In this document: one piece after another, positions 57,066 to 64,000 of the stretch | How positions within the stretch are numbered: position 1 is the first letter of the stretch | Layout of the letters: each line of letters opens with the position of its first letter | From: a bacterium | Lineage (GTDB): Bacteria > SAR324 > NAC60-12 | Assembly (NCBI GenBank): GCA_965233585.1 | Contig: CBDDTI010000746.1 | Location: 736,001 to 800,000 of the forward strand | Direction of reading: 5' to 3' | Length of the DNA: 64,000 bases | Translations under genes and position numbers: made by a program | The notes under the pieces: generated by a model | Seen by the model: the letters and a program-made list of their open reading frames with translations, nothing else | Database searches by the model: none | What the model was told of the DNA's origin: nothing

Positions 57066-58019
57066 TTAGAGGAAGGCATTGAGTGCCTGACAATTTTTCT
57101 GTTGACCAGAAAAGATGTCACGCGTGGCTTCTATCGCTTCTTGCAACGTTTTTAAGCTGTCAGAACCAACTAATTCACCAAACTGTGCTGCAGCATTGTC
57201 TGCGTCATCTAGTAGCTGGTCAATGCTTCTTCCATCTGGAGAAGTGGTAGAAGAAGAGCTTCCAGAAATACTTTGACAAACTTTTTCCAAATTACCCCCA
57301 ATATCCAGTTTCCGATTCCCTACACCGGGGACATTGATTGTCGCAGAACTAGGAAGCATTGCCATACGAAGCTCTTGGTCCCACAATCTGCCATCTCCTT
57401 GCTTCAATACCTCTGAAACCTCTTCACCATTATTTAGTTGGGTAATGATAGGGCTTTTATTATTGGCAATCAGTGTAGCCACTTCAGTTCTTAGGGCGGC
57501 TTCAGTCGTAGCTTTGATGGAAGTCGCTTTGCCTATGTCCAGCAGAAGCACCATCTCTAGCTGACTTCCAAAAACGGTAGCAAACACATAGAGAATTTTC
57601 TCATCGTTATTCAAGTCATCTTGCCCATCAAAAAGCTCAATCACTGAATCAAATGACTGCTTGGCTCGCTGAATCCGAGAAACTCTGCTTTCTGTGTGAG
57701 GGATATGTTGATTTGACAGCTCAAGAGAATTGACAGTCACGTTTGCAAGAGAAACATCTTCTTTCCCCAAAACTCTTGTTGCATTGGTGTCTGTGTTTGG
57801 CTTCACTTCTTCACGGTTCAAGAAAGCAGGGACCCTAAAGCCAGCAAATCCCATGTGTGCTTCTGCAATTTGTTGACGGTTCTCACAAGATTCAATTGCT
57901 TTTTCATACTGCCTATCTTGCAAATCTTTTTGACACCCAGAAAGATTCTCGCTCGTGATTCTATCTGCACAAGAGCTGATGAGCATGACAAGAGAGGTTA
58001 AATAAATTTGAGTTTTCAT
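57066..58019 (-). CDS. Hypothetical lipoprotein
   Basis: Lipobox ISSC followed by TPR-like helices. Confidence 0.7.
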   Translation of the reverse strand: MKTQIYLTSLVMLISSCADRITSENLSGCQKDLQDRQYEKAIESCENRQQIAEAHMGFAGFRVPAFLNREEVKPNTDTNATRVLGKEDVSLANVTVNSLELSNQHIPHTESRVSRIQRAKQSFDSVIELFDGQDDLNNDEKILYVFATVFGSQLEMVLLLDIGKATSIKATTEAALRTEVATLIANNKSPIITQLNNGEEVSEVLKQGDGRLWDQELRMAMLPSSATINVPGVGNRKLDIGGNLEKVCQSISGSSSSTTSPDGRSIDQLLDDADNAAAQFGELVGSDSLKTLQEAIEATRDIFSGQQKNCQALNAFL

Positions 58020-60589
58020 GTTTGGGGTATAAGCGTTTGTTGAAGTTTGTCAATTTCTTCACGTAGCACTTGTTGCTGAAATTGGTCTCCTTGTAATTGA
58101 GACTCCTGTTTTTGCAACTTTTGGGCACGTTCAAAAATGGGTTGAGAATCTTGTATGAGAAGTTGCAACGATTTCTCTAGCATGGTCATAATTCTACGAA
58201 AAGCATTGATTTTTGCAACGACTTTCATCTTTTGCAACTTGTCCATCAACCCAACAAAATCTAATTGAGGTCTTTCAGAGTTCAGTTGATTGTGCTGTTG
58301 GACAACATCTTTAAATTTTTCTCCAAGCACATGAGTGATGCCCTCATATAGGGGATTCCACGTTTGTGGCATCTCTATCACCTCTGTTTGATTGAGTTCT
58401 GGAGAAATAGCTTGAATGATTTCTCTCAAAAGAAAACGCCACTTCGTATAAACCTTATTGCTGCATTCTTCACTGCTCAAAGAAGGAAACTCTTTTTGAG
58501 TTTGAGCAAGAATATGGTCATACATCTGTTTGGAGATTTTATTGGAATACCCCTCCTGTTCTGCCAAAGAAAGTGCCAGCGCATTTTGCAAAATATTTTT
58601 GACATTTTGGTATTGGACATCATCTAACCGAATAGACGTTTTTTCAAAATCAGCCATGCTCTTTTCCAGATGTTCTGCATGTAGAATTTTTTGAATTTTA
58701 GCCTTTGCCAGTTCTCTTTGTTCAATCATTTCTTCAAGATGCTCAATAGATTTATCAATCAAACACTGCATAGTGCGGACATAATTTTGAGCAAAGCTGT
58801 CTTGGGGTAAAACGTCAGATATTTCCCACTCTAAGTAAAAAATAGGAATGCAAAAAAATAAAATTCTTTGTTCAGTGACGTTGTCTTCTGGAATGAACAG
58901 ACTCCATTCTTGCTCACTTTCCTGACGAGACCAAGATTTTCCCCCAATCATTGTCCCCACAGTTAGCTCACAACACTGCGTGTTTCCGTTCATCAAAAAC
59001 ACCCCTTTTGACGCAATAATCCAATAATTTTTTGCCAACTCTTCTCCGTGCATTCTATCGCCTCCATTGCCTTCTGTCAAAAAAATATTATATTTTAAGA
59101 AGCGAATTGGCATTTGTGGCCCCATTTGGAATTGAGCAAGAATGGCATAAAACGCCCTTTCTAGCTCTACGCGTCTGGTGCGGATGCTGGAGCATTTGGC
59201 AAATGAGCCAATATTGGGGGTAATATCACGGAGGAATTGAATTTTGCCACGATGTTTATACTCAATGAGAACCTGACGTCCAAAGGCTTCAAACATTCCA
59301 GTCAGTTGCAGCACATGCTTTTCTAAAGAGACTTTTTCTTCAGATGGCTTTGATGATTTCTGCTGAATAGACAGTTTGCTCACTTTGTCTAAAAATGCTT
59401 TGATTTTGAGGATAGACGTGTTGAATTGATTTTCACACTCTGCCGTAATCAACGCAGCACGTTGTGCGATTTGAGCTTGAATTTTCATTGGAGAAGGTAG
59501 CTCAAATGTCCTTTCAAAGACTTTTAAGTAGTGTTGTAGTTCAAATTCATGCTCATTCTCCCCTCGTTTAAAAAACTGTCCTAATTGGGGGAGTTTGACA
59601 GGTTCAACTTGCTCACCTGTGTCTGACTCACTTGTAACAACTTTAAACTTCAACTGCTTTTCTGCATTTTTCAACAAACTGGCAATTCTGACACGATAAT
59701 TCAGAGGGTTAAACAATTCTAAATCATCTAAATGAAAAGGCATGTCTTCTGGTTCTAAATGCCTTGAGATGATGCCCCCTAGTTGTGTCAACCACCCTCT
59801 CCAAAGTTTATTTTTGACCTGAAGAAACTCATTGTCCTTGCCTTGGAAAGCAGACCGCTTGACTTTGTTTTCTAAAAGCTGATGAAGAACATCGCGTAAA
59901 TTTGGGATATTAAGGGGGACTTTATTAGTCCATGTAAAATCCAAAGTGTTGGTCAACCATTTTTGTAAATCGTTGATGGTTTTGGGGGAACATTTGAGTT
60001 CTTGACGAGAATCAATTTTTTTGGCAAGAAACTGAATATTCACTGCCTTAAGTGATGAATTCGCCTCGTCCCAGATGCTTCGCTGTAAATTGATATAACT
60101 GAACAGTCTTTTTTGTACTTCGTTAAAGACACTGCAATATATTGAAAGTTCTTGATGAAAAGACTCGTCCTGAACAGAAGAATCATGGAAATCCCGAAGG
60201 AATAATCCCATTGGAATTTTGATGAAAAGGCTCTGCTTCCCTTTGACACAACGAATGGTTGCCGCACGTTTAGATGCAGTTTCAACAATCGCTTTGTCTC
60301 CCAGTAAAGTTGGAGCTTGCATTTGCATAATGACACTGTCATTGACCAAGACATCTACCTCACCACTACAAAGTAGAAAAAGGTCTTTGCCTGATTCTCC
60401 CTGTGTCAGAATCTTTTGATGCTCTTCAAAAAAAACAAAAGAAACTTGCTCCAGCAATTTTTGTCCAAGAACATCTAAGCAGGCGGCTGTGAGGGGGTAG
60501 GCATAAAGTAATGCGGAGACATTAGCAAGGGCATCTGGTTGTTCCTTTGCAAAAACGTAGTAGCGGTTCGTCTCCCATTTCATCATCAA
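58016..60589 (-). CDS. Large protein with N-terminal cyclic-nucleotide-binding domain
   Basis: ILTQGESGKDLFLLCSGEVDV...LGDKAI...KRAATI cNMP motif; long helical remainder. Confidence 0.75.
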   Translation of the reverse strand: MMMKWETNRYYVFAKEQPDALANVSALLYAYPLTAACLDVLGQKLLEQVSFVFFEEHQKILTQGESGKDLFLLCSGEVDVLVNDSVIMQMQAPTLLGDKAIVETASKRAATIRCVKGKQSLFIKIPMGLFLRDFHDSSVQDESFHQELSIYCSVFNEVQKRLFSYINLQRSIWDEANSSLKAVNIQFLAKKIDSRQELKCSPKTINDLQKWLTNTLDFTWTNKVPLNIPNLRDVLHQLLENKVKRSAFQGKDNEFLQVKNKLWRGWLTQLGGIISRHLEPEDMPFHLDDLELFNPLNYRVRIASLLKNAEKQLKFKVVTSESDTGEQVEPVKLPQLGQFFKRGENEHEFELQHYLKVFERTFELPSPMKIQAQIAQRAALITAECENQFNTSILKIKAFLDKVSKLSIQQKSSKPSEEKVSLEKHVLQLTGMFEAFGRQVLIEYKHRGKIQFLRDITPNIGSFAKCSSIRTRRVELERAFYAILAQFQMGPQMPIRFLKYNIFLTEGNGGDRMHGEELAKNYWIIASKGVFLMNGNTQCCELTVGTMIGGKSWSRQESEQEWSLFIPEDNVTEQRILFFCIPIFYLEWEISDVLPQDSFAQNYVRTMQCLIDKSIEHLEEMIEQRELAKAKIQKILHAEHLEKSMADFEKTSIRLDDVQYQNVKNILQNALALSLAEQEGYSNKISKQMYDHILAQTQKEFPSLSSEECSNKVYTKWRFLLREIIQAISPELNQTEVIEMPQTWNPLYEGITHVLGEKFKDVVQQHNQLNSERPQLDFVGLMDKLQKMKVVAKINAFRRIMTMLEKSLQLLIQDSQPIFERAQKLQKQESQLQGDQFQQQVLREEIDKLQQTLIPQT

Positions 60590-60988
60590 TTATTCCATAC
60601 GGAATTTATGACTCAAGAAGTCATCGTATTCATCAGCAAGAATGGCAATACATGCGATCATCCAGTCCAATTCTTCGGGGTCTAGCCCCACAATCGGTCT
60701 GACAAAACTTAACACGACATGCTTGTTGCGTATCCCAAAAGAAGCCCCCTTTAAATTGAAGGTTCCGTTCAGTTGCAAAATATACTTGTAAAGCGATGGA
60801 GATTCTCTATCAAGATGCAGTAAATTGGCAGCGACTATCAATTCTGCATCTTCTTCTAGCGAGCTTAAAAAGATTTGAACTTTGACCGACCCGTTAATGA
60901 CCCACCACTCAGTAGAGCTGACAAAACCTTTCTCTGCTTCTCCACACTCGTTGAGGTAATCTGTAATGAGTTGACTATATTGTGACAT
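60590..60988 (-). CDS. YbjN/CesT-like (T3SS chaperone fold) protein
   Basis: NGSVKVQI, LYKYILQLN, LDPEEL, LADEYDD pattern. Confidence 0.7.
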   Translation of the reverse strand: MSQYSQLITDYLNECGEAEKGFVSSTEWWVINGSVKVQIFLSSLEEDAELIVAANLLHLDRESPSLYKYILQLNGTFNLKGASFGIRNKHVVLSFVRPIVGLDPEELDWMIACIAILADEYDDFLSHKFRME

Positions 60989-61063
60989 ACGACTGATTTG
61001 AAATAAAAAATTAACAAAAAATACAACAAAACAACAAAAAATCAGGAGCCACTGGGACTCATG

Positions 61064-61666
61064 TTAAGAAGGCAATTTTGCCAAATCGTCCAACAATAAC
61101 TTGATGAAGTGACTGACTACCTGATTCATAGTGACTGCAAAATCATAAGGAGTCTCTGAAGCAGACTTCTGTTGATAGCGATATGTTTTTTGCCACATTT
61201 GAGAGTCTTCCCCAGCACGCAGGGCAGACACCCAGACTTGCAATGACGCATGAACTTGTCCATTTTCAACACGTTGCGAAAAATCTTCAATACGCAAATT
61301 TAAAAGATAATGCGGTGCTTGCTTCTTTGGACTCACTGCCACAGCTTTTTTTAAAAGGGGGGCAAGCATTTCAACAGGCGGAGCCACCCATTTGGCATAG
61401 TTATAAAGTCGTACTTCTGCACGTCTTGGCACGATGACAACATTTGCAGTCTGGTAAGGCGGAACAGCTTCCAAACGATTCCAACGAAGACTTGGCAAAT
61501 TGACCTGCTCCAAACTTTCCAACTTCTGACCTTCTTCAATCCAATAATATTGGGTAGGTGGTGCTGTCTTTGACGAGCAGGCAACGCCAACCCAAACCAT
61601 CAACGCTAAACTAAAGAAGTAACCTTTAGAGCCAATCATCTTTTTTAAATCAAGTTTCACTTGCAA
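61064..61666 (-). CDS. ABC-type transport auxiliary lipoprotein (PqiC-like)
   Basis: Lipobox GVAC, YY, Y.YAKWVAPP.EML, LRIEDF. Confidence 0.75.
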   Translation of the reverse strand: MQVKLDLKKMIGSKGYFFSLALMVWVGVACSSKTAPPTQYYWIEEGQKLESLEQVNLPSLRWNRLEAVPPYQTANVVIVPRRAEVRLYNYAKWVAPPVEMLAPLLKKAVAVSPKKQAPHYLLNLRIEDFSQRVENGQVHASLQVWVSALRAGEDSQMWQKTYRYQQKSASETPYDFAVTMNQVVSHFIKLLLDDLAKLPS

Positions 61667-61784
61667 ATTTAGGGAAGGTACACAAAACTTTCTGGTCTGA
61701 CTGATGCCTTTGTCAAAATTTATTAAAAAGTGCGTTCAGTTGCAATCAAGGTTGACATTTTAACATTCATCAGAGAAAAAAAGA

Positions 61785-62528
61785 ATGCCAGATATTCAAG
61801 TCATTGTAAATGGTGCAAAGGGGAAGATGGGCAAAATTGCCATTGAATCCATTGAACAAACAACAAATCTTCATCTTGCAGGAAGCTGTGACTTGCATGA
61901 TGACCTTTCATCATTGATTCAACAGACACAGGCACAGGTTGTTGTAGATTTTACCAATGCGTCTTGTGTGTTTGAAAATGCCCAAAGCATCATCAATGCA
62001 GGGGTTTCTCCTGTGATTGGCACAAGTGGTTTGTCTCAAGCACAAATTCAGTCTTTGCAAGAGATGTGTTGCAAGCAAAAAATAGGTGGTTTGATTGTGC
62101 CTAATTTTGCCATTGGTGCAGTGTTGATGATGCAATTTGCCAAACAAGCCGCACGTTACCTTCCCAACGTGGAAATCATTGAACTCCATCATCATCAAAA
62201 ACTTGATGCCCCTTCTGGAACAGCCTCAAAAACTGCAGAGCTGATTGCACAATCCAGACAACAACCACCCGAATCCACCCCAAATTATGAAGTCCATCAA
62301 GGAGCAAGAGGAGCAAGTTACCAAGAGGTCTCTATCCATTCTGTCAGACTGCCGGGACTTGTTGCACACCAAGAAGTGATTTTTGGAGGGATTGGAGAAA
62401 CCTTGACCATTCGGCATGACTCCATGAGCCGTGAATCCTTCATGCACGGAATCGCACTAGCTTGTCAGCATGCACCCAAGCTCTCTCAATTACACTACGG
62501 ACTGGAACATATTTTGGATATGATTTGA
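61785..62528 (+). CDS. dapB: 4-hydroxy-tetrahydrodipicolinate reductase
   Basis: GAKGKMG, VDFT, GTSG, PNFAIG, ELHHHQKLDAPSGTA. Confidence 0.97.
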   Translation: MPDIQVIVNGAKGKMGKIAIESIEQTTNLHLAGSCDLHDDLSSLIQQTQAQVVVDFTNASCVFENAQSIINAGVSPVIGTSGLSQAQIQSLQEMCCKQKIGGLIVPNFAIGAVLMMQFAKQAARYLPNVEIIELHHHQKLDAPSGTASKTAELIAQSRQQPPESTPNYEVHQGARGASYQEVSIHSVRLPGLVAHQEVIFGGIGETLTIRHDSMSRESFMHGIALACQHAPKLSQLHYGLEHILDMI

Positions 62529-62656
62529 CTTTTCTTGTTGATTTATCACTTCCCTGTTGATTCAACAGATTGGATCGCTCAAGAAGACTTTAGCTTTTTA
62601 TCTTAGCGATTTTTGAAAAAATCAACTCATAATCAACTCATCAAATTGGTCAAGAC

Positions 62657-64000
62657 TTGCCTATCTTTGAACACAAATCTTTGGTCAAAAGACTCACCTA
62701 TTTTGCTGATTTTCAAGCAGATTCACTTGCTATCAAGAGCAAAGACCACAGCTATTCTTATCAGCAACTTTTACAAAAAGCCATTGCATTAGGTCATTTT
62801 TTTAGCAATCAAACCCCCATTGCAGGTCGTCTGCTTTTTTTATGTGAAGACCTCGCTGATGTTGTCCTTTGTGCATTAGGTTGTGCATTATCAAACAGAG
62901 CCTTTGCAGTGCTTCCCCCCTCTACACCTCTTCCTTTCTTGAAAGCCTGTCAAATGATGATTTGCCCTGATTTGACTTTGTCCAGTCAAAACATCAAGCA
63001 CCTCATTTCTCAACAAAACTCTACTGGCACAGAACACAATCATAATCCCAACGCCTTGTTTTATATTGGTTTGAGTTCAGGTTCAACAGGTTTGCCTAAA
63101 GCGGTTGTTAGAACACTGACCTCGTGGGAGGAATCCTTCTGGCAACTGGAGCAAAGAATCAAATTGCAATCAAACAGCATGGTAGGAGTTTTGGGGACTC
63201 TCTCGTTTTCACTTCCTGTGTTTTCTGCATTGCAGACGATTTACAGCGGAGCTTGCCTTTGTCTTGCAAACTCTCAACATACAAGCCAAATGACGCATCT
63301 TTTTTCTGCCCCCGCTCCCCTAAAACTTTTCCTGACACGTTTTCAGGAAGCATCTTTGCCAAACTTAAAAATGTTGGTCATTGGTGGAGACTTTTGCACA
63401 CGTGAAATTGTTCAGCTTAAACCTCCCCAAACGCAGATTGCTTATTTTTATGGAACGGTAGAGCTTTCTTTGATTGCATTGAAATTCTTGCAAGAAGACC
63501 ATGCCGTGCCTCAAGTGGGAGATTTATTTGACGTAGTGGAGGTTTGTTTGGAAGGTGAACAAATTTTTGTCAAAAGTCGTCAATCTTGTGTGGGTTACTT
63601 GAGTCAAGGCAGGCTGAAGTCTTTTCCAGAATGGATTGCAACTGGGGATTTGGGAACTTTTGATGGAAATGGTCAACTTTGCCTTAAAGGCAGAATTGGA
63701 AGACAGTTTTTAGTTAACGGAGTGATTGTTTACCCTGAAGTCATAGAAAATCAGTTGAGACAACTGGAAGCGATTCAGCAATGTGTCATCTTTCAATCAC
63801 AAACTAAATCAGGTTATGACGAGCTGTGTGCTGTTTTGGTCACGAACCAAGACGTCAGCAAAAAAGGACTCAAGCACGCATGCCAGAAATTCCTGCCAGC
63901 GTCACAAATTCCCAAACGTTTTTTTCTTGCAGAATCACTTCCCCAAACACATTCTGGGAAGATAGATTTTTTGAAAATTCAAAAAGACCCTCTTTTTTTG
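62657..64000 (+). CDS. AMP-binding enzyme (acyl-CoA ligase, YhfT-like), 3' truncated by window edge
   Basis: Manual translation is open from TTG 62657 to the window end: YIGLSSGSTGLPK, YGTVE, TGDLG, GR, LPQTHSGKID. Absent from the ORF track because no stop falls in the window. Confidence 0.85.
   Translation, partial: MPIFEHKSLVKRLTYFADFQADSLAIKSKDHSYSYQQLLQKAIALGHFFSNQTPIAGRLLFLCEDLADVVLCALGCALSNRAFAVLPPSTPLPFLKACQMMICPDLTLSSQNIKHLISQQNSTGTEHNHNPNALFYIGLSSGSTGLPKAVVRTLTSWEESFWQLEQRIKLQSNSMVGVLGTLSFSLPVFSALQTIYSGACLCLANSQHTSQMTHLFSAPAPLKLFLTRFQEASLPNLKMLVIGGDFCTREIVQLKPPQTQIAYFYGTVELSLIALKFLQEDHAVPQVGDLFDVVEVCLEGEQIFVKSRQSCVGYLSQGRLKSFPEWIATGDLGTFDGNGQLCLKGRIGRQFLVNGVIVYPEVIENQLRQLEAIQQCVIFQSQTKSGYDELCAVLVTNQDVSKKGLKHACQKFLPASQIPKRFFLAESLPQTHSGKIDFLKIQKDPLFL

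Noticed and set aside
28566..57093. Long N-terminal extensions of sodN, recR, glyQ, mltG, bolA and rodA in the ORF track
   Set aside because: Artefacts of taking the first possible start codon; family similarity begins at downstream ATGs.
62529..64000. Pseudogene or non-coding region suggested by only short ORFs in the track
   Set aside because: Manual translation shows one uninterrupted AMP-binding enzyme frame running off the window end.

Overview
Low-GC bacterial chromosomal segment. Gene content (NiSOD, GspN-type T2SS, DUF4105, large cNMP protein) loosely suggests a marine deltaproteobacteria/SAR324-like lineage; this is inference only. (1) 1-20750: co-oriented sugar/polyol catabolic cluster of unknown substrate (SnoaL-like protein, two FGGY kinases, PfkB kinase, SDRs, Tat-exported ABC binding protein, ABC ATPase, G1PDH-family dehydrogenase, HAD, two class II aldolase-family proteins). 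Its spacers hold a patchwork of foreign DNA: two AT-rich genes with archaeal-style TATA boxes, a BcgI-like fused R-M gene, and relics of a restriction endonuclease, a BrnT toxin and a CHC2 primase. (2) 20780-25135: mobile hotspot with palindromic REP-like repeats, three IS1-family elements (one with a 9-bp duplication inside a REP), an IS-truncated mlaE-like gene and a PD-(D/E)XK protein. (3) 25186-64000: mostly housekeeping genes in scrambled order (acnA, azurin-sodN-sodX, recR, glyQ, rnr, gspM/N/F, mltG, dpp, wecB, ribH, galU, pyrC, hemB, rodA, dapB), plus a FISUMP-domain lipoprotein frameshifted at a C9 tract and an Rpn-family nuclease. No rRNA, tRNA, CRISPR array, integrase or reverse transcriptase was recognised. 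All family assignments are from motif recognition, not database searches.
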